Origin: Actinomycetota bacterium
GTDB taxonomy: Bacteria; Actinomycetota; Actinomycetes; Actinomycetales; Microbacteriaceae
NCBI GenBank assembly: GCA_039804775.1
Contig: JBDLVN010000062.1
Span: 10,110-74,109, forward strand
DNA: 64,000 nucleotides
Reading direction: 5' to 3'
Shown here: positions 27,487 to 35,892 of the stretch, piece by piece
Layout of the letters: every line of letters starts with the position of its first letter
Position numbering within the stretch: position 1 is the first letter of the stretch
The notes under the pieces: model-generated
What the model saw: the letters and a program-made list of their open reading frames with translations, nothing else
Databases searched by the model: none
What the model was told of the DNA's origin: nothing
Position numbers and translations under genes: made by a program

Positions 27487-28500
27487 CTAAATAATCGGCG
27501 GCTTAGCCGTTGACTTTCGAACAATCAGTTCGGGTCGAACAGTGTGCGAGCCTTCAACAGACTCGCCCGTGATCTGCCCCAAGATCAACCCCATGGCAAC
27601 CCGCCCGAGTTTCGCCAAGTCGGGGCGCAAAGTCGTCAATGGTGGTTCAAAATAGGGTGCCTCAGCGACATCGTCAAAACCAACAATGCTCAACCGACCC
27701 GGCACATCGATGCCCCTCTCGCGAAAAGCATGCATGAGCCCTAGTGAAAGATTGTCGTTGGCAGCGAAAATAGCTGTGACCTTGTCGGTATCTATGTCGA
27801 GATTGCGGCCGATAAGATACCCGGTTTCGATGTTCCAGTCACCATCAATCACCCGGGGTTTCAACCCCGCGGCCAGCATCGCCTTCTGATAGCCCTCGAG
27901 CCTCGGCAGCGCATCAAACCAAGCCATCGGGCCAGCAACGTGAATGATGTTTTTATGACCGAGCTCAATGAGGTGTGAGGTGCCCAAACGAGCACCTTCA
28001 AAATTGTCCAAACTAGCTGAAAGGCTCTTTGGCTGGTTTGGGCTGTCGATATAAACAACTGGAATATTCGTTACCGTGCTTTCAACCACAGAAACCGAGT
28101 TGCTTTGAGGCGTGATGACCACAAGACCCTCGATGCCCATGCGGCGAAGGTTCTCAACACCGCGGTTGATCGACTCAAGCGATTGAGGGTCAACAGAGGC
28201 TGAAATGGCCATGTATCCGGCGTTTAATGCTTCGACCTCCATAGCGTGCATCATGCCCGCGGGGCCGTGATAAACAATGTCAGTAATCAAAATGCCAATA
28301 ATCTTTGACCTTGCAGTCACCAACGCCCGAGCTGCGGCGTTAGGAATGTATTCAAGTTCTTTCATTGCAGCCAAAACGCGTTCACGCGTTGAAGGTTTTA
28401 TGTTGGGGCTATCGTTGATGACACGCGAAACGGTTTGGTGCGACACGTCAGCCAAATGTGCCACGTCATAGATGTTTGGCGGTTTCTGGTGGTCAGCCAT
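27487..28500 (-). CDS. LacI-family transcriptional repressor (AraR-like by context)
   Basis: 337 aa. N-terminal HTH IYDVAHLADVSHQTVSRVIN plus a PBP-type sugar-binding domain. Confidence 0.88.
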   Translation of the reverse strand: MADHQKPPNIYDVAHLADVSHQTVSRVINDSPNIKPSTRERVLAAMKELEYIPNAAARALVTARSKIIGILITDIVYHGPAGMMHAMEVEALNAGYMAISASVDPQSLESINRGVENLRRMGIEGLVVITPQSNSVSVVESTVTNIPVVYIDSPNQPKSLSASLDNFEGARLGTSHLIELGHKNIIHVAGPMAWFDALPRLEGYQKAMLAAGLKPRVIDGDWNIETGYLIGRNLDIDTDKVTAIFAANDNLSLGLMHAFRERGIDVPGRLSIVGFDDVAEAPYFEPPLTTLRPDLAKLGRVAMGLILGQITGESVEGSHTVRPELIVRKSTAKPPII

Positions 28501-28924
28501 TTAACGCGACACTTTCTAATTGCGCCAAAACATCGTCGGCACGCACCTGCCATGCCTCAAAATCAGCCTCGGTGATTGCTGCGGTGATTTTTGCATCGAG
28601 CGAAATCTTGCCGTGGGTGTTTTTGACCTTGACATTAATTTCGCCAAGCAAGCTGTTCAAAATAACAACCTGACGCGGCACACTAATGCTGATAAACAGA
28701 TTTTGAGCCTCTTCACCCGCCAGCCCAGACTCGAACTTAGCCCCGACAGCCGGCACGCACTTATTGGTTTGCCCGAGCCAGAGTGAAAGCCCGGCTGGCG
28801 TGGTCAGAAGTTCAAACAACTCAACCAGGCCAGAAGTTGCGGTTAGAGAAAGGCCAACCTCACGCTTTTTAGCGCCCAAAATGGGCTTTGGAGACGTTTG
28901 AAACCCAACCCAAGTGCCACTCAT
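28493..28924 (-). CDS. hypothetical protein, possibly SRPBCC/AHSA1-like
   Basis: 143 aa. The ELFELLTTPAGLSLWLG segment resembles an AHSA1/START-like N-terminus. Overlaps both neighbours by 4-8 nt. Confidence 0.45.
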   Translation of the reverse strand: MSGTWVGFQTSPKPILGAKKREVGLSLTATSGLVELFELLTTPAGLSLWLGQTNKCVPAVGAKFESGLAGEEAQNLFISISVPRQVVILNSLLGEINVKVKNTHGKISLDAKITAAITEADFEAWQVRADDVLAQLESVALNG

Positions 28925-29283
28925 TTTGTTGGCTTTTCACCAGCAAGAAAAGTGTAGGCACAGAGCGCCCAAACTAGCGCGACGACTGAATGGGTGACCA
29001 TAAATTGCCAGCCGACAGTGCTGAACCAGGTGCCGCCTAAAACGGGGTTGAGCCAAAAGAGCGAAACCGGCAACGCCAACAGGGCGAGATATGCTTTGGC
29101 TTTTACGCCGAACCAGGTGATCCAAGCAGCCGAAACCCAAACAAGCAGGCTCATAAAAAGTGGGTAGGTCGGGGTTGCTGTTGCAAAGGTTTGCGCGGCA
29201 AACAACACAGCCACTGCCGAGATTGTGAAATTTGGTCGGGGTTTTGCGCGTTTCGGGCCAGTGAGGCTCCAAGTTTTAGTCAT
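28921..29283 (-). CDS. small integral membrane protein
   Basis: 120 aa from the internal ATG at 29283 (ATGACTAA overlap with the mutarotase stop), with 4 predicted hydrophobic helices. The longer 218-aa track ORF would overlap the mutarotase gene. Confidence 0.5.
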   Translation of the reverse strand: MTKTWSLTGPKRAKPRPNFTISAVAVLFAAQTFATATPTYPLFMSLLVWVSAAWITWFGVKAKAYLALLALPVSLFWLNPVLGGTWFSTVGWQFMVTHSVVALVWALCAYTFLAGEKPTK

Positions 29284-30244
29284 TTTCGCTCCTGATTGGT
29301 TTAAACATAACGCCCCAGCGAGCACTGCGTTGTTGCCCTGGCTCGAGCATAAAAAGGTCTTCGCCACTTTGCAGAGCATTAGCAGGCGCAGTCTGAGGTT
29401 CAATGGCAATGCCTTCAGACTGCATTCCTTGGCTTGAAAGCTGGTGATGGGCATAAACCATAAGGTATCGAAAGCTTGAATCTTGCCAAATTTCGATTTT
29501 ATCTCCCGAAGAGCGCACAACGGTCGTGGTAGCGTTGCCGTTTTCGTCACGCACCAAATCTGCAAAACAGTCATCAAGTTTCAGACCATCAAAATTGAGT
29601 TGCCCCCCGTTGGCATCAAAGTTTTTTGTTGCAATCTCGCGACCAACAGGAATCTGCCTGCCGTCATTAACCATTTGAGTGAGCGCGTTGATGTGAATTG
29701 TGCTTGCCACGTCGATCGCAATATAAGGGTGCGAACCGAAGGCCATTGGGGCAAGTTTGTCGCCAACATTTGTGGCTGAAACATTGACATCAACACCACC
29801 GGCAACTAGCTGATAGCTAACGGCAAGTTGAACCCTAAACGGGTAACCCGCGTCGTCACCTAGCTCGATGGAAAACTCGACAAAGTCGCTGGTTTGCCTA
29901 ACAACTGAAAACTTGCGATCAAACACCAGGCCGTGGTTGGCATTTGAATCGTCATCGAGATTTGCAAACTGAAAGCTTTGCCCTTGAAAAACCCACTGAC
30001 CGTCGCGCAAACGGTTTGGCCACGGCGCTAAGGTTGCCGCCGCAAAAGATTGTTTAGCCGCCTGAGCCGAAACGTGCTCGATAATCGTGTGCCCAGCCAC
30101 ACTCAGGTTAGTAAGTGATGCGCCAACTGGACTAACTAAAGCAAACACTCCCTCGCTTAGCAACGAGATTTCGTTTGGCAACGCTACAAAATTCGACAAG
30201 GTTAGCCAACTGAATCGGCAAAGCGGTGATGCGCTGCCGACCAC
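29276..30244 (-). CDS. aldose 1-epimerase family protein
   Basis: 322 aa. Mutarotase-like beta-sandwich sequence (NRLRDGQW..., GSHPY, GIAIEPQT). The start is uncertain because it overlaps the araA end. Confidence 0.8.
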   Translation of the reverse strand: MVGSASPLCRFSWLTLSNFVALPNEISLLSEGVFALVSPVGASLTNLSVAGHTIIEHVSAQAAKQSFAAATLAPWPNRLRDGQWVFQGQSFQFANLDDDSNANHGLVFDRKFSVVRQTSDFVEFSIELGDDAGYPFRVQLAVSYQLVAGGVDVNVSATNVGDKLAPMAFGSHPYIAIDVASTIHINALTQMVNDGRQIPVGREIATKNFDANGGQLNFDGLKLDDCFADLVRDENGNATTTVVRSSGDKIEIWQDSSFRYLMVYAHHQLSSQGMQSEGIAIEPQTAPANALQSGEDLFMLEPGQQRSARWGVMFKPIRSEND

Positions 30245-31707
30245 TGAAGCTCCTTGCGAAATGCTCGCAAGTTTGTGTCTTCATCAATCTGCACAAGCTC
30301 AACAGCAGCAATTCGTGCAAAGTCTTCGATAGCATCAGCCGACACCGCGTTCGTTAGCACTGTGTGGTGGCTGCCGCCAGCGAGCATCCACGCCTCAACC
30401 GACGCTGCAAGCGAAGGTTTTGGTTGCCACACAGCACGTGCAACAGGTAGCAAAGGTAGGTCTTCGGTTGGATCAACAATTTGAATCTCGTTTGAAATAA
30501 TTCGCAAACGATCACCAATGTCAACTAAACAAACCACGCGACCCTCAGCGGGCGCAGCAGTGAAAACCATTCGCACAGGGTCTTCTTTGCCACCAATACC
30601 CAACGGGTGAATCTCGATGCGTGGCTTTGCTTTGGTGATGGTAGGGCAAACTTCAAGCATGTGAGCACCGAGCACCAAAGGCGTGCCCGGGCCAAAGTGA
30701 TAGGTGTAGTCCTCCATAAACGAGGTTCCTCCGCCGGCAGGTGTCATTGACTTCAAAACGGCGACCATGGCAGCGGTTTTCCAGTCGCCCTCACCTCCAA
30801 AACCATAGCCATCGGCCATAAGTCGTTGCACAGCCAAACCAGGAAGTTGACGCAAAGCACCAAGGTCTTCAAAGTTTGATGTGAAGGCATTGAAGTTGCC
30901 GGCCTCCAAAATCTGGCGCAAAGCGATTTCGATTTTGGCACCATAAACTAACGAATCGTGGCGCTCGCCGCCGGCGCAAAGCTCAGGTGCCACATCATAT
31001 TCAGTTTCATAAACTCGAGTTAGCGCTTCGGCGGCCTCATCACTCACCGATTCAACGGCCTCAACCAGAGTGTTCACACCAAGCTGCTCGATTGACATGC
31101 CAAGTTTCATTTGAACCGAAACTTTGTCACCGTCGGTGACCGAGACATAACGCATGTTGTCACCAAAGCGGGCCAGTTTGAGGTTCTGCGAAGTATGCCA
31201 ACCAATGGTGGCATAACACCAACTGCTCACTCGTTCGCCAACCACAGGGTCGGTTGGGTAGCCAACGACAATTTTGCGTGCCAATCCCATGCGTGTCACT
31301 AGGTGAGCATATTCGCGGTCACCGTGAGCGGCCTGATTCAAGTTCATGAAATCCATGTCGAGGGTAGCCCATGGCAAAGATTGGCCAGCTTGTGTGTGGA
31401 GGTGCAAGAGCGGCTTGGTAAGTGCGTTTAGGCCGTTGATCCACATTTTGGCTGGAGAAAAAGTGTGCATCCACGTGATCACACCTAGGCAATTTTCATC
31501 TCGGGAGGCTTCAAGCATTTTTTGCTTGATCATTTCTGGCGTCTTCAAAACGGGCATCCACATAATCTCAACCGGCGCAGAGTTATTTGCCGTGAGTTGC
31601 TCAACGACTTTTTGCGACTGCTCGGCTACTTGATTCAGAGTTTCTTCGCCATAGAGGTTTTGACTACCGGTGAGAAACCAGATTTGACCCTTGCTTGCGC
31701 TTGCCAT
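30202..31707 (-). CDS. araA: L-arabinose isomerase
   Basis: 501 aa. N-terminal IWFLTGSQNLYGEETL and a length typical of AraA. Confidence 0.92.
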   Translation of the reverse strand: MASASKGQIWFLTGSQNLYGEETLNQVAEQSQKVVEQLTANNSAPVEIMWMPVLKTPEMIKQKMLEASRDENCLGVITWMHTFSPAKMWINGLNALTKPLLHLHTQAGQSLPWATLDMDFMNLNQAAHGDREYAHLVTRMGLARKIVVGYPTDPVVGERVSSWCYATIGWHTSQNLKLARFGDNMRYVSVTDGDKVSVQMKLGMSIEQLGVNTLVEAVESVSDEAAEALTRVYETEYDVAPELCAGGERHDSLVYGAKIEIALRQILEAGNFNAFTSNFEDLGALRQLPGLAVQRLMADGYGFGGEGDWKTAAMVAVLKSMTPAGGGTSFMEDYTYHFGPGTPLVLGAHMLEVCPTITKAKPRIEIHPLGIGGKEDPVRMVFTAAPAEGRVVCLVDIGDRLRIISNEIQIVDPTEDLPLLPVARAVWQPKPSLAASVEAWMLAGGSHHTVLTNAVSADAIEDFARIAAVELVQIDEDTNLRAFRKELQWSAAHHRFADSVG

Positions 31708-31750
31708 TTTGTTGCCTCCTATTGAATCTGCATTGATTCACTTCTAATAC

Positions 31751-31768
31751 AATGTTAGCGTTCACATA
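31751..31768. promoter_or_regulatory. LacI-family operator candidate in the araA-galT divergent region
   Basis: AATGTTAGCGTTCACATA, a hybrid of the two other sites, about 45 nt upstream of the araA start. Confidence 0.45.
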
Positions 31769-31909
31769 ATCTTATAACCACACTAAAGGTCCACGCGTGC
31801 AGCGCTGGTAACAGAGTTGTAACGTAACCACCCCTTGTCTAAAAACAGCGACCCACAACTCACGCTGATAGATAATTAGTCAGGTCAAGAGATAACCAGA
31901 TAGGCACAC

Positions 31910-33001
31910 ATGTCAGACAATCGAAAAATCGCTGCCAACCTCGCAGACGGCAGAGAATTATTTTATTTCGATGACGCAGACACCGGCCTAAGCGAGCAGC
32001 GCAAGGCTGACAAACGTGAAGCTGTCGAACGGCCTCCCGTTGCGCAGATGAGACTCGATTCACTCACCGGTGACTGGGTTTCGATTGCCTCACATCGAAA
32101 CGCAAGAGCTTTCTTGCCACCTAAGCACGAATGCCCGCTGTGCCCAACATCTGAAGAAAATTTGAGCGAAGTGCCCGACAACTTTGACGTGGCCGTTTTT
32201 GAGAACAAAAGCCCGTCATTCGGCCCAAACCTTCTAGACACCGACGAAGTTGACTATAGCGTCGTAACCGGCTTAACACTCGGTAGTGTTCGAGATTCAG
32301 TTGGGCGCTGCGAGGTAGTCGTTTTTAGCCCCGAACACACAGGCTCACTCGGTGCGCTGCCAGTTCAACGCGTGCGCACAGTCATAGAAGCTTGGGCTGA
32401 CCGAACCGCCGCATTGCAAACACTTGCCGGAGTTCGCCAAGTGTTTGTCTTTGAAAACCGTGGTCAAGAGATCGGTGTGACTTTGCACCACCCACATGGT
32501 CAAATCTATGCCTACCCGTATGTGACACCTCGCACAACAAAACTCATCAGCTCGTTGGCTAGCTATGGCCCCAATCTTTTTGCCGACACCCTCGAATTTG
32601 AGCGCAACTCAGAACGCGTTCTCATCGCGGGTGACCACTTCACCGCTTATGTGCCATTCGCAGCTCGTTGGCCTTTAGAGATTCACCTGCTGCCACACCG
32701 TCATGTGAATCACCTCGGCCAGCTAACTGACGAAGAGCGCGACGAGTTGGCGGTCATTTATAGCCAGCTTTTAGGCGCACTCGATCGCATCTATGACACC
32801 CCCACTCCATATATTTCAGCCTGGCACCAGGCACCACTAGTAGTTGGTGGCGAAAACGTGCGTCTGCAGTTGCAGATAACCTCACCTCGTCGAGCCGCAG
32901 ACAAGCTCAAATTCTTGGCTGGCAGTGAGTCAGCTATGGGCGCCTTTATTGGTGACGTGACCCCTGAGGCTGCCGCTGCTCAAATCAGAAAGGCCTTCTA
33001 A
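31910..33001 (+). CDS. galT: galactose-1-phosphate uridylyltransferase
   Basis: 363 aa. CPLCP zinc motif and the active-site HPHGQIYAYP (HxHxQ) motif. Confidence 0.92.
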   Translation: MSDNRKIAANLADGRELFYFDDADTGLSEQRKADKREAVERPPVAQMRLDSLTGDWVSIASHRNARAFLPPKHECPLCPTSEENLSEVPDNFDVAVFENKSPSFGPNLLDTDEVDYSVVTGLTLGSVRDSVGRCEVVVFSPEHTGSLGALPVQRVRTVIEAWADRTAALQTLAGVRQVFVFENRGQEIGVTLHHPHGQIYAYPYVTPRTTKLISSLASYGPNLFADTLEFERNSERVLIAGDHFTAYVPFAARWPLEIHLLPHRHVNHLGQLTDEERDELAVIYSQLLGALDRIYDTPTPYISAWHQAPLVVGGENVRLQLQITSPRRAADKLKFLAGSESAMGAFIGDVTPEAAAAQIRKAF

Positions 33002-34164
33002 TGACTAGCAACCTGACCCAAATTCACGTCAGTGAAGCATTTGAAACGGCATTTGGCTATGCCCCAGAAGGAGTGTGGTCGGCACCGGGCCGGGTCAACC
33101 TGATTGGTGAGCACACCGACTACAACGAAGGCTTCGTGTTCCCCTTTGCAATCAATCGCCGCACTTTTGCTGCCGTTGCTCGCCGCACCGACGGGGTAGC
33201 TCGAGTGGCATCTAGCTTCAGCCCATCTGTGCACGAGATTGAAGTTAAAAACATCTCGCACGACACCGTGAGCGACTGGGCAGCCTACCCGCTGGGTGTT
33301 GCCTGGGCTATTCAGCAGTTCGAAAATTCTGCAGAGCTGACCGGTTTTGATTGCTACATCGATTCAGAAGTGCCGGTGGGTGCGGGGCTTTCGTCATCGG
33401 CTGCGATCGAATGCTCGGTGGGCGTTGCACTGAACGAACTTTGGTCAGCTGGCCTCGACCGGCGCACGTTGGCACGCGTTGGTCAACTTGCCGAGAATAA
33501 AATCGTTGGCGCCCCGACTGGCATCATGGATCAATCTGCCTCACTTCTCGGCGAAACTGACCATGGAGTTTTTCTAGACTGCCGCACGCTCGAGGCAAAG
33601 ATTGCTGAACTCGGTTTTGCAAGAGAGGGCCTCGAGCTTTTGATTATCGACACAAAGGTAGCTCACCGTCATTCAGAAGGCGGATACGCGTCGCGTCGAG
33701 CATCATGCGAAAAAGGCGCGGCTGCCATGGGGGTTCCTTGGTTGCGCGACCTGAGCACCGCCGACTTGGCTAAAGCACAAGAGATTCTCGATGACGAAAC
33801 TTTTAGGCGTGTGCGTCATATTGTGACCGAGAACGAGCGCGTTATTGAGACCGTGGCAACTTTGCAAGCGAAAGGGCCGCGCGCCATCGGCGACCTACTT
33901 TATGCCTCACACGTTTCGATGCGCGACGACTTTGAAATCTCTGTTGACGAACTCGACACCGCCGTTGAAACGGCACTTCGTCACGGCGCCATTGGCGCGC
34001 GCATGACTGGTGGTGGCTTTGGTGGCGCAGCGATCGCCCTCGTGCCAATCGAACGCATTAGCGAGGTTTCGTTAGCCGTAACAGCTGAGTTTGAAGTGCT
34101 TGGCTATCTCAAACCTGAAATTTTTGCCGTTAGCGCTGCCAACGGTGCTAGTCGCGAAGGTTAG
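33001..34164 (+). CDS. galK: galactokinase
   Basis: 387 aa. Galactokinase signature GRVNLIGEHTDYN and GHMP motif GAGLSSSAA. ATG overlaps the galT stop. Confidence 0.93.
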   Translation: MTSNLTQIHVSEAFETAFGYAPEGVWSAPGRVNLIGEHTDYNEGFVFPFAINRRTFAAVARRTDGVARVASSFSPSVHEIEVKNISHDTVSDWAAYPLGVAWAIQQFENSAELTGFDCYIDSEVPVGAGLSSSAAIECSVGVALNELWSAGLDRRTLARVGQLAENKIVGAPTGIMDQSASLLGETDHGVFLDCRTLEAKIAELGFAREGLELLIIDTKVAHRHSEGGYASRRASCEKGAAAMGVPWLRDLSTADLAKAQEILDDETFRRVRHIVTENERVIETVATLQAKGPRAIGDLLYASHVSMRDDFEISVDELDTAVETALRHGAIGARMTGGGFGGAAIALVPIERISEVSLAVTAEFEVLGYLKPEIFAVSAANGASREG

Positions 34165-34224
34165 TAAAACAAAAATCGCCCCGAGCGCAGTGAACTGCTC
34201 CCCGAAAGTTGGAAATTTTAAATA

Positions 34225-34494
34225 CTAGGCAGCTGCCGGAATCAAACCAGGAATGATTAGCAGAACGCCAAAGATAATGGCGCCGAAGCTTAGCGCGAAG
34301 AGCACGTAGGCTGCCGCGCGGTTAGCTGCTTCTTTGCGAATCTCAGAGATTGAACCTGAAGCCGAGTTGAGCTTTGCTGCCCCAGCGTTGACCAACAGAC
34401 GAATGCCCAGCGAAAACAGGGCTACAACAGTTGAGCCGCCAACAATGGCAGCAAGTGCAACCTGCAGGAGGTGGTTCCAGTCGATGTTGATCAT
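34225..34494 (-). CDS. small two-helix membrane protein coupled to pit
   Basis: 89 aa with two hydrophobic helices. The ATG lies directly after the pit stop (TAAATG). Confidence 0.5.
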   Translation of the reverse strand: MINIDWNHLLQVALAAIVGGSTVVALFSLGIRLLVNAGAAKLNSASGSISEIRKEAANRAAAYVLFALSFGAIIFGVLLIIPGLIPAAA

Positions 34495-35682
34495 TTATTT
34501 GCGTCCCTTCGAACCCTTGCTGTCTGACTTCTTTTTGCGCTTCAAAAGAACGATAGCCTCAGAAGCTTCTTCAATCTCACTTGCAACGTTTTTGTGCGTG
34601 ACTGCATTGCGTCTGGCGATCTGAAAGATTGCCACGATAACGGCGAGTGTCACGATTGCGTCAACGATGATTCCAAACGAACCTAGGTTCACTAGCAAGA
34701 CTGACAAAGCGCCAACCGCTGCTGCTGCGGGCAGGGTGAAAACCCAACCGAGAACAATCTGCCCGGCTTTGCTCCACCGCACGGTGCCACCCTTGCGACC
34801 TAGGCCTGAACCGATGATCGAACCCGAGGCAACCTGAGTGGTGCTTAGCGCAAAGCCAAGCTTGCTCGAAGCAAGAATGGTGGCTGCTGTTGCGATTTCA
34901 GCAGCAAGACCTTGAGCCGGCTTAACTTCGCTTAGGCCCTTGCCCATAGTTTTGATGATGCGCCAGCCACCCGAGTAGGTTCCGACTGCAATTGCTAGCG
35001 AGGCGGCAATAACAACCCAGAGCTCAACGTGGCCGCCATCAGCTTGCAGGCCGCCCGCGACCAAAGCCAACGTGATTACACCCATAGTTTTTTGAGCATC
35101 GTTGGTGCCGTGCGAGAGGGCAACAAGCGAAGACGAGAAGATTTGACCATAGCGAAAGCTGCCTCGGCCAGTGCTGAGGTCATCTTCTTTCACACGGCGC
35201 GTGATTGCATAGGCGATTCGCGTTGCAAGCAATGCTGCCAAACCGGCGATTACCGGTGCGAAGAGGGCCGGAATCAAAACCTTATCGATAATCTTGCCGA
35301 AGTCAACCCCGTCGAGACCAGCCGATGCTAGAACAGCACCGATGAGGCCACCGAAGAGAGCATGCGATGAAGACGAAGGCAAGCCCAAGAACCAGGTAGT
35401 TAGGTTCCACAAAATCGCACCTGTCAAACCAGCAAAGATGATGGCTGGGTTTAGCGTGCTGGCGTCTTTGATCATGCTCACAGAAATCATGGTTGCCACT
35501 GCGGTGCTCAAGAAAGCGCCGACTAGGTTCATGATTGAAGCGATGGCAACTGCCGTGCGAGGCTTGAGAGCGCCGGTTGCAATCGGTGTGGCCATTGCAT
35601 TGGCGGTGTCGTGAAAACCGTTGGTGAAATCAAAGAAAAGAGCTAAAGCTACTACTAAAACCACTACTACTGTTGCGTCCAC
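34495..35682 (-). CDS. inorganic phosphate transporter, PiT family
   Basis: PHO4 repeats FDFTNGFHDTANA and HGTNDAQKTMG. I prefer the GTG at 35682, preceded by AGAAAGG; the track ORF extends to 35736. Has a Lys-rich C-terminal tail. Confidence 0.88.
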   Translation of the reverse strand: MDATVVVVLVVALALFFDFTNGFHDTANAMATPIATGALKPRTAVAIASIMNLVGAFLSTAVATMISVSMIKDASTLNPAIIFAGLTGAILWNLTTWFLGLPSSSSHALFGGLIGAVLASAGLDGVDFGKIIDKVLIPALFAPVIAGLAALLATRIAYAITRRVKEDDLSTGRGSFRYGQIFSSSLVALSHGTNDAQKTMGVITLALVAGGLQADGGHVELWVVIAASLAIAVGTYSGGWRIIKTMGKGLSEVKPAQGLAAEIATAATILASSKLGFALSTTQVASGSIIGSGLGRKGGTVRWSKAGQIVLGWVFTLPAAAAVGALSVLLVNLGSFGIIVDAIVTLAVIVAIFQIARRNAVTHKNVASEIEEASEAIVLLKRKKKSDSKGSKGRK

Positions 35683-35742
35683 GGGGACCTTTCTTGATTG
35701 GTTATTCAAGCATTTCGAACCTAAGTCTATGAACAATTAACC

Positions 35743-35802
35743 AAGTGAACGGCAATTCTTTTGTTTACAAAGTGAATTTGAGGTAAACAAAATAAAGTGA
35801 AC
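35743..35802 (-). promoter_or_regulatory. three direct GTTCACTT-type repeats upstream of pit (PHO-box-like)
   Basis: On the minus strand these read GTTCACTTGG, ATTCACTTTG and GTTCACTTTA, starting at 35750, 35777 and 35802, spaced 25-27 nt apart. Confidence 0.35.
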
Positions 35803-35892
35803 TGAGAATGGCGCAAACTTAGTAAGAGCCACGTCATCAGCAGCAGACAAGAAAAACACACGCAAGCTACAACCAAACTAATCGAGGTAACT

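Noticed and set aside
28921-29577. Full 218-aa version of the small membrane protein ORF.
   Set aside because: Its first 98 codons overlap the 3' end of the mutarotase gene in another frame and translate to a Cys/Leu-rich non-protein-like sequence. The internal ATG at 29283 forms a typical ATGACTAA coupling.
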